64,000 nucleotides of DNA from Felis catus. Its lineage: Eukaryota. Made by a program: the position numbers and the translations under genes. The notes under the pieces are model-generated. The model worked only from the letters and a program-made list of their open reading frames with translations. It ran no database searches and was not told where the DNA came from. The stretch covers positions 14,758,001 to 14,822,000 of the forward strand of contig NC_058368.1 of assembly GCF_018350175.1 (NCBI RefSeq). The letters run 5' to 3'. Position 1 is the first letter of the stretch. Each line of letters starts with the position of its first letter. Shown one piece after another: positions 1 through 11,395 of this stretch.

Positions 1-254
1 TTTTTGAGAACATCCTTAGCATAGTCTATAAGGCCCCCGTCTACCTCAGCCTCTGTCTCCTCTTTCCTTTGGACACATTATTTCAGCTTCTTACATGAAC
101 AAAATATCTTCCCATCTCTGGGCATCAGCACTTTAATTTCCTGCACAAGAAACAAGTCCATCCTATTCCCACCTCACCTGGCCAACTTCTGCTCATACTG
201 CCCTGCTCAGTTGAAGTTCATTCATCTTGAAAATATTCACCAAATCCCTGCTGG

Positions 255-1030
255 TTAGGTGCCAGGACACAGTAGTGAATTGGGAGACAGAGTACCTGCT
301 GGCATGGAATGTATCCTCTAGTAGAGGAAACAGGCCTTAAAAAATAACAACAAAAAAGGACAAGCGCTGGTTTTATAAGTACTTTGCCAAGAATTGAAAG
401 GATGATGTGACAGTGAGTGGCTGAGTGAGTGGTATCTCTACACTGGTGGTCAGAGAAGGTGTCTTGGGAGTAAAGGACACCAAAGGTGAGCTATGAACAC
501 AAGAAAGAGCCAGCCATGTGTAGATTAGAGGAAAGAAAGCAAGGCAGGGGCAAGATCAAGTCAGGACTGGGAAGAAAGGAGGGGTTTGGATTGTACATTA
601 TCCAATATGGGGGGTTATAGAAGGGTTTTAGGCAAAGGCATTGGTGTGATCTAATTTGTGTCTAAAAGGTCACCTTGGCTGCTGTGTAGGGGAAGGGTTT
701 CAGAGGGATGAAACTAGGTGAGGAAGGATGGTGGCTTGGACCAGGTGGAGGTAATAGAAATGGACTGGGGCGCCTGGGTGGCTCAGTCAGTCAAGCGTCC
801 GACTTCGGCTCAGGTCACGATCTTGCGGGTCCGTGAGTTCGAGCCCCGCGTCGGGCTCTGTGCTGACAGCTCAGAGCCTGGAGCCTGTTTCAGATTCTGT
901 GTCTCCCTCTCTCTGACCCTCCCCTGTTCATGCTCTGTCTCTCTCTGTCTCAAAATAAATAAAAACGTTAAAAAAAATTAAAAAAAAAAAAAAGAAATGG
1001 ACAGAAGAGAATGACTTGGGGTCTGATGTG
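255..1030 (-). mobile_element. Ancient LINE2 fragment, interrupted by SINE
   Basis: Degenerate L2-type motifs (gtgccaggacacagtagtgaa...ggtggtcagagaagg...aaaggtcaccttggctgctgtg). Confidence 0.55.
767..992 (+). mobile_element. Young full-length CanSINE (SINEC_Fc-like)
   Basis: GGGGCGCCTGGGTGGCTCAG head, B box GAGTTCGAGCCC (835-846), CT region, A tail; TSD AGAAATGGAC at 756-765 and 993-1002. Confidence 0.95.
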
Positions 1031-2196
1031 AAGACTGAGTCCACAAAAAGACAGGCTGGATAGGGTGCAGGTGGACAGGAAAATCTCTGCCTACACGATC
1101 TATGACAGGTGTACTGCTGAGTCCTACTGAGGGGTCTGCACATGTAGTGGCACATGAGCAGGAGAGACTGAGACAAAGGGCAGGAGAGACTGAGACTTTA
1201 CCAAGCTTATGGTCTCCCTGAAGGATAGAGGACAGACTTTGCAGCTCTTTACAAATCCTTGTCCTTCCTTTGACCCTGCTCAATTGCAATCACTGGAAGT
1301 GGGACCTGGGGCATTTAAAAATATCCCTTGGTGATCCTGATGATGTGGGTCCATAGGCCAGAAAACTTTTGCCATTCTCTGGTGTACAGATCAGAAAATT
1401 ACTGAAGGAAACCCAGAGGCTCACAGTTCGAAGTAATTGTGCAATGTGGCATTTGGAAAGAAGGATTAAACCAACAGAATGAGGAGATGAATTAGCAAGA
1501 CAAATCAGTCTTGAAAAAACAAATATCTGTCCTGCTTTAGATTTGGTCCCAATTCAAACGTTCAAATACAATAAACTATCATCCTGAGACCAAGATGAAA
1601 GCAGACTTTGGAAGAAGAATAAAAGTTCACATTTATTAGCAACTCATGACCACCTGGTTTTCATTAACTACAAAATAGAAAGGATCTGAAAGATAGATAA
1701 GAAACTGATAAATTACTCAAGAACGGAAAGCTAGAAAATGGGTATGAATTCCTCCTAGAGAAAAGGAAACAAAAGAAGCCAAGAAAAAAAAAAAAGCATA
1801 GAAGTATAAACTGAAATTAAATTTGATAGCTCTCTCCTTGGGAAAGGCTCTTTTATGCCTGACTTTATCTCAGCCATTCAGAAACAAGGGTAAATGTGTA
1901 TCTTTGGTCCACTGGCCTAGCACAGATCCGAGTGGTTCAGGGTCAGGAGGTCTGGAAGGGGCTCACTGGGAAAGCTGAAGGTATGGAGCTTGTGGGCAGC
2001 ACAAAGCGATGACAGTTGAGAAAGCCAGGTGTGTCATTCACAAAGGTTAAGATTTTATTTTGAATTGTCCTGTGCCCCTTTAATGGGATTAGGATTAGCA
2101 CAGTTTGGATGACAGTGGGTCCACTCTTCTTTCATTAAAACAAAGTCTCAGGCTCTGTGCTGTCCAATAGCATGGGCCATTTTGCTTAGGAAAGTT

Positions 2197-2800
2197 CTCT
2201 AGTACCTTGTGCTGATGTGGTCCATGGACCAGCAGCCTCAGCGTCGTCTGGGATCTTGTAGAATCTCCAGCTCCGCCCTAGCCCTACTGGATCAGAATGT
2301 GCATTTTACCAATGTTCCTGGTGACTGGTATTCACATTAAAGCTTAAGAAGAACTGCTCTGGAGCTGTGGAGGGGCACCCTTCAATCAGTGGCTCTGACT
2401 TGAGTAAGGAAGCATGTGAAAAAACAATAGGTTCCTGGGCCTCGTCTCCAGAGATTCCAATCTCATTGGCCAGGCATCTATATCTTGACCAAGCGCCTCA
2501 GCTGATTGTGATTCTAACACCCAAGGAATAACTTAAGACACAGAGCCATAGATGGTAATAAATAGGAGTTAGTAACCACAGAAAGGATTAAATAACAGAC
2601 AGAGCCCAACACCTTACTGAGAGCGATACTTTACGGTAGTGTTTCTTGACTTCCCTAATGATAAGAATAACTTGAAAGTTATTGGTAAACATTAAACTTC
2701 CCAAATCCCTTTCCCAGATGTTTTGATGCAATGGGTCTGGGAATTTATATTTTTAATAGGTATCCTGGGTGGTTCTTATAACTAGAGAGGTTTAGAACTG
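2197..2800. mobile_element. Cluster of MER5-like hAT-Charlie MITE fragments
   Basis: gtggtccatggaccagcagc...tactggatcagaatgtgcatttt...cacattaaagcttaagaagaactg (2197-2356), with similar pieces near 2385-2510 and 2635-2800. Confidence 0.6.
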
Positions 2801-3606
2801 CTTTACCAGAAGGTACACAGCTCAAGAAAAATATCCATGGTACAGTTAAGAAGGGAACTGTGCAAGGTGGGCCTGTCCTATCTAGCTTATCACTTGATCA
2901 GTTAGAGCAGAAGGACTAGGTTCTTGGTGGGGGGAGGGACTTACATACAAAGGAAGTTTCCAGAAAGTTACCTACCCTCATCTAGATGTTATGTAAAATG
3001 GACATCAAGCCTGATTGAGAATAGAGATTGTCCACCAGGAAGGGGTATCTGCATTTGAAGAGAAATCATTAAAGACTCATCCTGAGAAAGGACATCCAAA
3101 CCTGATTCCACATTGAGTGAATGAGTTTTGGGGGTCATTGCTTTTGTGTCTTGAGGTAAAGACAAGACTTGAGAAGATAATTCTCCAACCAAAATCATCT
3201 TTGAGCCTGCACAGTCATCTCAAAGAGGGAAAAATAAAAATTCAATAGGAAAACCAAGGGGAAAAATACCCCCTAACTGTAGGACCAGGAATAAACATCC
3301 CAACTCCGGTGTAGAAGAAAATAATCAGAAGGTCATGATAAATGACAAGCTGAAGTTACATGGTTATAAAGGGGTTGAGTGGTATTCAAGAATAGTGATG
3401 AAAATCTACTTCTGAGCAAAGTATCATTGGGATAGCATTTAATTTAGAGGTTTTGCCTTCAAGGAATAGGAAAAATCACAAGGGTTGATGAAACTCAGCT
3501 ACTTTAGGGAAGAAACAGGTAACACAAATGTGTATGTTTGGCAGAGCACAAAAAATCAGGAATTGAATAAGCCATACCCTACCTGAAACCTTCAAATTTA
3601 TATCTG

Positions 3607-3817
3607 TTTTTTCTTAATTTTTTATTTTGAGAGAGAGAGAGACAGAGAGAGAGTGCACAAGAGTGGGGGAGAAGGGCAGAGAAAGAGAAAGAATCTTAAG
3701 CAGCCTCCATGCTTAGCATGCAGCCCGACACGGGGCTCAATCTCACAACCATGAGATCGTGACCCGAGCCAAAATCAAGACTTGGACACTCAACTGACTG
3801 GGCCACCCAGGCACCCC
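3607..3817 (-). mobile_element. CanSINE
   Basis: T-rich tail, (GA)n, ends ...gccacccaggcacccc; degenerate TSD aaatt(t/c)atat. Confidence 0.9.
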
Positions 3818-5160
3818 TAAATTCATATTTTTAATACATAATTCTGCTGCTGGTTTGGTGACCCCATAATATAAATTAAAATAGATCTTTAGAATGCAAA
3901 AGTAATGACAGAGTAATTATTCTATAGTCTGAAGAAGTAAAACTTTGAAAACATTTTGTGACTGTTTTTTCCATCATAAATAATTATTATGGAGATAGTA
4001 TAAGGTGTTCTGTACCTAAAATAATAGTACCACCTAAAGGAGGAAATTAAAATGGTAGCAGAAGTTCCCTAGATGTAGGGAAAGCTGTCGGATAATAAAG
4101 ACTGAACAGGTTCTTAAGGAAGCTTCCATTTCCTTCCAAGGAGAAACATAAAAGTATGGCAGCCAATCATGTTTTTCCACAACGGTCTAGCTTTTGTTCT
4201 AACTATGAGCAGGCTTTAGAATTGGTGACTTCTTGGAGTATCACGGAAGTACCTACCCTGAAGAAAAAAAAAGGTCTTAGTAAGAATCCCCCACTGGTGC
4301 CACACAAGCAATGCCTCTTTTCTAAAAGTGCTCTGAAGAGTGTCACCAGGAAGATTCACTGGAAAAATTAAATTAAGTGCTGCATATAAATTAGTTTTCT
4401 GTGAATCAGTTATGCCTATGGGTTTCTAGGGTACTCTTTGAAGACAGCAGCATGAAAGAACCCAGGAAACAGGGATGAAATAAATTCTTTCCTTTTTAAA
4501 ATAACTCAGTACATGAACCAGACAACACCCACATTAGGACCGCTTTTATAGTCTTAGCTTTCCTGACTGTTTCACTGCTCCAGGGAAAACAGCAAGTCAG
4601 GTTATTTCTTTTAAAGATTAAATAGGGTTTAAAAAAATGTAAGCCCAGAGACAAAATTTCACAGGCTTAATGTACGTCAGAGATAAATTTCTAGATACTA
4701 CTTCCTCGGATCAATAATACATTCCACACTTCTCCAGGGTCAACCCCCACTTGAATCCATGCTGAGAAAACAACTGTGTTTTTAGCTGGATGGCAACTCC
4801 CCGAACATTACCTTGCAATACAACCAGAAAGAAGACATGTTTCTCAGTTGCTTATATTGTTGCAAAAATGAGAGTTTGCCTCAAGTAGATAAATCCTGCT
4901 ATTCTATCAGCAATCTCTTAGGTAACACACTTGTCACACACAGCTAATGATGTGACATCTTAAAGTCTTGAGGGAAAATCACAGGTTGTCCAAGAGACAC
5001 AGGTGACCTGTTTGAATGGACAAGGCAGTGAGGTGAACACCTGAAAATGGCTGAACCAATGTGAATTGGGCATTCCTGGTGAATTTCCAGCTGTTGCCAG
5101 ATCTACACTTTTAGCAACTCAGATGGGTCCTCAAGTTTCAGCTGAAACGGTGTGCAAGTC

Positions 5161-5377
5161 GGGGCACCTGGGGGGCTCAGTCGGTTGAGCATCTTATTCT
5201 TGATTTTGGCTCAGGTCACGATCTCACAGTTCATGGGTTCAAGCCCCATGTTGGGCTCCACACTGGCAGTGCAGAGCCTGCTTAGGATTCTCCCTCTCTC
5301 CCTCGCTCTCTGCCCCTCCCCCACTCACACAGCTCTCTCTTTCAAAATAAATAAATAAACTTAAAAAAAAAAAGAAA
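5161..5377 (+). mobile_element. CanSINE
   Basis: Head ggggcacctg, A tail; TSD gaaacggtgtgcaag (5144-5158) / gaaatggtgtacaag (5378-5392). Confidence 0.92.
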
Positions 5378-6666
5378 GAAATGGTGTACAAGCAGACAAG
5401 GTATTTGCCACCATTTTTGTGACCCATTATGCTGATCAGTGGATTTCTGGCTGCATGATCTGGGCTGCTCACAGATCACAAAGGATGCTGTGTGTAGGGA
5501 AGAATAAGGAAGTGGAAATTTGGGAAGGGCAGCCATGGATATAATTTTTAAAACAAAATTTCCAGTTTCTTACTCCATGAAAACCCAAGGAATACTATTA
5601 TCTAGGAACTGATCTGATGAGCATGATGTAATCACTTCTGCCTTATAGTTAGTTTGTTGTTGTTGTTGTTAAGGATAGAGTTATATCAATACAAACAGAA
5701 ACTTTGCAGGAAAGTATGCCCAGGCATATATGGGAATGTTAAGTTATGAACGACAAAGTTTTCCTGGATCAGACAAACTTCCAAACAATGTTTTCTTTCC
5801 AAATTATTTCACATTCATGCGATGACATGGAACCATTTTAAGGGTGAGTTCATTCTTACGGGCAATCCTCCACCTCTTACTCTGAAAACTTGAGATTTCC
5901 TTCTGTCGCTTTGGCCAAAAAATGTAATATTTATTATATCGTTTCTCATGTTTCCTTGTTACTTGACTTTCTCTTTAATGAGAGGCATCCTCCCCACCAA
6001 CTGCCTAATAAAATCTTTGGTTGTACAGTTTAATTTTAAAGCACTCTATTCATGAGCCATTTATCTATTTTCCCTTCTATTCCAAATGACAGACATTAAA
6101 TTACATCTCTGGCTAGATGTGATTAATCTTCTGTTCCAAAGTGCAGAAAAGAAAAGGTTAGAAACATTTAAAGCCTCTTTTCTTTTCTTATTAGGAGAAA
6201 GCAGACTATGGGTTGAAAATTTGATTTATTTCCCTTAAAGCTATTTGAAGATCACCTTTAAAACAAGGGGTCAAATGTGGCTTGAAATGAATTCCCTGTG
6301 CAGTACTTACGTAAGTCCCTCAGTTATAGTATTTCAAGGCTAATAAATATTGTAGTCATAGGAAGACAGCCTCTAATATGACAGTCTATAAGACTTTGGA
6401 GGGATTGTGGTCTTCCAGTGAAAAGGGTCTGGTTAGAAGGGAGACATTATCTTTGACTTGTGGGGAAGGTGTCTGAAATCAGATGATATTCTATTTGCAT
6501 TTGGCCCTCAGCCATCAAACAAATGAGTCATTACTGCAATCCTCAAGGTAGTTACCTCTAGCAAAGTAACTCACTAAATGACTTCTGTAGATAACTTCTT
6601 TATGTGGATGGACTTATCTTCAAATATTTACCCAATAAACTGAAATACTGAATAAGATAAACTGGT

Positions 6667-6768
6667 ATTTTAACTTTAAACTTTTAAATTTACATTTTAA
6701 TTTTAACTTTAAATTTTAACTTTTAAATTTAAATTTAAACTTTTAAATTTAAACTTTAAAAAATTTTT
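6667..6768. repeat. AT-rich degenerate (TTTAAA/TTTAAC)n tandem repeat
   Basis: ttttaactttaaacttttaaatttacattttaattttaactttaaattttaac... read directly. Confidence 0.8.
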
Positions 6769-7312
6769 ATGGTGAATTTGGCCCTTTATTTCCAAAACAA
6801 ACAAACAAAAAGAGTGTCAAGTCATATTTAAAGACATTCGATTTCACAGAGAGGATTTTTTTTCCTTTCTGAAAATATTAGCAGAAATATATTTAAATAA
6901 TTGTTTTAAAAAACCTGTTCTCCTCAACCTTCCTGGCACATCATGTACCTGACAAAAATTAAAGACACCTAAAATATCATTTAGGCTGAGAGAGACAATA
7001 TTGAACATGATGGTCTCCTAGCAACTATAGGATTTTAAGTGATGTATATTGGCCCCACTTAGGGAGAAAAGCATGTCCATACATGCCAAATATAAATATT
7101 TAATGCATAATTCCCCCTTGTTCTTTGAAAATAATCTATCAAAATGTTTTAAGTGGATTTATTATTTTTATAGAGATGGCACGCACCTATTGTAAAAGTC
7201 CAAACAGTGCAAAAAAGTCAAAAGAAAGTGATAAATCTCAAATTAGGAGTTAGGCATAGCTATGCCATGCTGGGTAACACCAGAATTTTCCATGTCCTTC
7301 CCTGGCAACCAC

Positions 7313-7540
7313 TTTTATTTTTATTTATTTATTCTTTAAGTTTATTTATTTATTTTGAGAGAGAGAAAGAGAGAGCAGGGGAGGGGCAGAGAGAGAGAGA
7401 GGGACAGAGAGAATCCCAAGCAGGTTCCGCACCGTCAGCACAAAGGCCAACTTGGAGCTCAAATCCATGAACTGTGAGATCATGACCTGAGCCAAAACCA
7501 AGAGTCAGATGCTTAACTGACTGAGCCACCCAGGTGCCCC
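7313..7540 (-). mobile_element. CanSINE
   Basis: (TTTA)n tail, (GA)n, ends ...gccacccaggtgcccc. Confidence 0.92.
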
Positions 7541-7754
7541 ACTGACAAACATTTTTAAGTTTATAAGCTAGACTTGTTCCTCTTTCTTTGTTTGGATACA
7601 GCTGAAGATTTACTGATTTTTTTTTCATTTTTCTTTTAATTGTTTAAATTACTTTTTGTTAATCTTGTTAGGAATATAGTATAAGACATTTTGTGATTCT
7701 GATTCATTCCTTCATCTTTTCTCCCACCACAAAGATTTGTTGATACATGTTACT

Positions 7755-7816
7755 TTTTGTAATGTTTATTTATTTATTTTGAGAGAGAGAGAGGGCAGGA
7801 GCAGGGGAGGGGCATG

Positions 7817-7850
<34 letters not shown>

Positions 7851-7943
7851 CCCAAGCAGGCTTGAACTCACGAAATGTGGGGTCATGACCTGAGCTGAAA
7901 CTAAGAGTTGGACACTTCACTGACTGAGATACCCAGGTGCCCC
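7755..7943 (-). mobile_element. CanSINE with internal deletion
   Basis: caagcagg joins directly to cttgaactca; TSD atac(a/g)tgtta(c/t)tttt. Confidence 0.88.
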
Positions 7944-8796
7944 ATACGTGTTATTTTTTAAGAAGGAATTTGGCTTTTGATTCTCAGAGTCATTGTCCAA
8001 TCCTCACCTATAATATTTTTATTTCTACAAATCTCTTCCCACCTTGATTGCTATTTTTCCCCAAACCTTTTTATTTCTATTTATGAAGGGAAATTAAGAG
8101 AAACTGCACAAACAGGCTATCACCGCCATACAATTAATAAGGACACATTTATTTGGAATGTACTATAAAATAGTGTTTCATGAAAAACGTTTATGGGTGA
8201 AAAAAGTGGATTATAAAACAGGAGCACAGTGTGCATGTGTATGCAAATAAATGTTGCAAAAGGATATTTCTAAACAGATTTTAACACTTTTTTTTCTGCT
8301 AGGTAAAAGGATTGCATTTTATAAATGTGTTTTTCTGCATTTTCAATTTTCTGTACTATATGAGCATTGATTTTGAAATGTAAAAATGCTCTAAAATGTA
8401 GATTTCTTAGAATGAATTCAAACACTAAAGAAAAGATAAAGTAAAAAATGTCTCGTCCCCATTTCCCCTCTTAGTTCAGCACCAAGAAGATAATCACTGA
8501 TAATTTCTTGGGAGACTGTCATAAAATATCAGTGCATGTATAAACACACACAAAGATACATATGTGAAAGTAAATGTGTGTGTGTTCCTTTGTATTAAAA
8601 TGCAATAGAATATATAATTTTGATATCATGATTTTCCCCCCACTTCACAATACATATTGAACAACTTTCCATTTAGGTTGACCTAATTTTTATTAGTGAC
8701 AATGTACTATTACATTAAATGGATCATCTTAATTATTTAGCCAGAACTCTGTTTTTAGCTTTTGCTTTTTTTTCAAGATTTAAAAAAATTTTTTTT

Positions 8797-10120
8797 AAAT
8801 TTTTTTTCAATATATGAAGTTTATTGTCAAATTGGTTTCCATACAACACCCAGTGCTCATCCCAAAAGGTGCCCTCCTCAATACCCATCACCCACCCTCC
8901 CCTCCCTCTCACCCCCCATCAACCCTCAGTTTGTTCTCAGTTTTTAACAGTCTCTTATGCTTTGGCTCTCTCCCACTCTAACCTCTTTTTTTTTTTCTTC
9001 CCCTCCCCCATGGGTTTCTGTTAAGTTTCTCAGGATCCACATAAGAGTGAAACCATATGGTATCTGTCTTTCTCTGTATGGCTTATTTCACTTAGCATAA
9101 CACTCTCCAGTTCCATCCATGTTGCTACAAAGGGCCATATTTCATTCTTTCTCATTGCCACGTAGTACTCCATTGTGTATATAAACCACAATTTCTTTAT
9201 CCATTCATCAGTTGATGGACATTTAGGCTCTTTCCATCATTTGGCTATTGTTGAGAGTGCTGCTATAAACATTGGGGTACAAGTGCCCCTATGCATCAGT
9301 ACTCCTGTATCCCTTGGGTCAATTCCTAGCAGTGCTATTGCTGGGTCATAGGGTAGGTCTATTTTTAATTTTTTGAGGAACCTCCACACTGTTTTCCAGA
9401 GTGGCTGCACCAATTTGCATTCCCACCAACAGTGCAAGAGGGTTCCCGTTTCTCCACATCCTCTCCAGCATCTATAGTCTCCTGATTTGTTCATTTTGGC
9501 CACTCTGACTGGCGTGAGATGATATCTGAGTGTGGTTTTGATTTGTATTTCCCTGATAAGGAGCGACGTTGAACATCTTTTCATGTGCCTGTTGGCCATC
9601 CGGATGTCTTCTTTAGAGAAGTGTCTATTCATGTTTTCTGCCCATTTCTTCACTGGGTTATTTGTTTTTCGGGTGTGGAGTTTGGTGAGCTCTTTATAGA
9701 TTTTGGATACTAGCCCTTTGTCCGATATGTCATTTGCAAGTATCTTTTCCCATTCTGTTGGTTGCCTTTTAGTTTTGTTGGTTGTTTCCTTTGCTATGCA
9801 GAAGCTTTTTATCTTCACAAGGTCCCAGTAGTTCATTTTTGTTTTTAATTCCCTTGCCTTTGGTGATGTGTCAAGTAAGAAATTGCTACGGCTGAGTCAG
9901 AGAGGTCTTTTCCTGCTCTCTCCTCTAGGGTTTTGATGGTTTCCTGTCTCACGTTCAGGTCCTTTATCCATTTTGAGTTTTTTTGTGAATGGTGTGAGAA
10001 AGTGGTCTAGTTTCATTCTTCTGCATGTTGCTGTCCAGTTCTCCCAGAACCATTTGTTAAAGAGACTGTCTTTTTTCCATTGGATATTCTTTCCTGCTTT
10101 GTCAAAGATTAGTTGGCCAT
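8797..10120 (-). mobile_element. 5'-truncated felid LINE-1 (L1_Fc-like) 3' fragment: ORF2 C-terminus, 3'UTR, poly(A)
   Basis: ORF 9237-9836 is the L1 ORF2 C-terminus ([10 protein letters not shown]...[26 protein letters not shown]). G-rich 3'UTR, AATAAA at 8825-8820, A tail; TSD aaaatttttttt at 8785-8796 and 10123-10134. Confidence 0.95.
9030..9836 (-). pseudogene. Disabled L1 ORF2 remnant
   Basis: Premature TGA at 9237-9239 (…TIAK*WKEPKC…). The natural …LCGS* stop is in frame at 9030-9032; EN and RT domains are absent. Confidence 0.85.
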
Positions 10121-10122
10121 TT

Positions 10123-10336
10123 AAAATTTTTTTTGATGTTTATTTATTTTTGAGAGAGGGAGACACAGTGAAGCAGGAGAGGGACAGAGAGAGAGAGGAA
10201 GACACAGAATCTGAAGCAGGCTCCAGGCTCTGAGCTGTCAGCACAGAGCCCGATGGGGGGCTTGAACTCACGAACCACGAGATCATGACCTGAGCTGAAG
10301 CCAGATGCTTAACCGACTGAGCCACCCAGGCACCCC
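10123..10336 (-). mobile_element. CanSINE whose tail received the L1 insertion
   Basis: Full head-to-tail SINE; TSD tcaagattt at 8773-8781 and 10339-10347 brackets both SINE and L1. Confidence 0.9.
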
Positions 10337-10349
10337 TCTCAAGATTTCT

Positions 10350-10850
10350 GTGGTTACAACCTACAATAAACTTTATATATATACTTTAGTATCAAAGACA
10401 GATGCACTTTTAAAATTTTTATAAATTAGTGTTGCTTGGCACTGTCCACATTCTCATCAACTTTATATGTGAGTGAGTTTCTTCCTGCTTTCAGGAAACA
10501 AACTTGGCAGGAAGAAAAAAAAAACCACCCCATTGTTTACCTGTTGAGTAAAAATGGGATTTCACTGTTGTGTTAATTTACATTTTGTTACTACTTCTTG
10601 AATTGAACAAATTGAAAACTTTCCCCGTGGCAGTTGGGCTTTCCCTTGTATGAACTGACTGTTCGTATCCGTTTTTCTGTCGTTTTCTTTATTGATCAGC
10701 ACATATTCTTTGTATGTTACAAAATGTAGTCCTTTATAACACACATGTTTTACAAATAGTATTTTTTGTCTCCTAACTTGAAATTTGCATAATGTTTTGC
10801 CATACAGAATTAATTGTTTTGCATTCTGATTAGCCAAACTTGCCTTGTAA
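10350..10850 (-). mobile_element. Ancient L1M ORF2-region fragment (probably continuous with ~8450-8770)
   Basis: ORF 10562-10912 contains KGLHFVTYKEYVLINKE...QFIQGKAQL, a decayed match to L1 ORF2 KGLISRIYKELLQINKK...QFTEEEIQM. Confidence 0.55.
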
Positions 10851-11237
10851 GTGTTCTGGGAATTAATTATTATAAGGGAACTATTCAATACGATATTTAA
10901 ACAAAAGGTCACAAAGTGTGTTCAAGGAATGTTCTCATTAGATGGGTGACATTAAAGGTTCTGGAAATGACCAATAGTGACTCTGATAGACTGTAGAGTT
11001 CTGTCTCAAAAAATTAGTATAAAATGTAGAATTTTATATATTTTTTAAAAATCATAAAAATGTTTACAAAAAATTAAACTAGATTATGTACATAATTTTC
11101 AAGTTACCATTTCCTTGTAAGAGAACAAAGTTGCTTTATCCCAATTATAACATTACTTTCATAAAAGAAAATTATATAAATCCAGGTTTATAAATATAGG
11201 ATTTTTCCCCTTCTGTCTGAATAACAATGAACTGTGG

Positions 11238-11395
11238 GACTGCTAACGGGTATGGGTTTATTTCTGGGGTGATGAAAAACTTCTAAACTTGATTGTGGTG
11301 ATGCTTGCACAATGCTATGAATATACTAAAAACCGGTGAATTGTATACTTTAAGTAGGTGAGTTGTGCAGTGAGTGAATCATATCTCAATAAGAT
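11238..11395 (+). mobile_element. Old L1M (L1MB/MC-like) 3' end
   Basis: ggggtgatgaaaaacttctaaacttgattgtggtgatgcttgcacaa...atatctcaataa is a typical old L1 3'UTR terminus. Confidence 0.75.

Noticed and set aside
767..850. tRNA gene
   Set aside because: A/B boxes belong to the tRNA-derived SINE head; no cloverleaf, and followed by SINE body and tail.
718..981. Recurrent ORFs such as WVAQSVKRPTSAQV.../SLEPASDSVSPSLS (many loci)
   Set aside because: Translations of CanSINE copies, not a gene family.
9237..9836. 199-aa ORF as a functional gene
   Set aside because: 5'-truncated L1 ORF2 remnant with a premature stop and no EN/RT domains.
8797..10336. Single-event SINE-L1 template-switch chimera
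   Set aside because: The L1 has its own inner TSD and endonuclease-type site, so nested insertion fits better. The low-complexity TSD means the chimera is not fully excluded.
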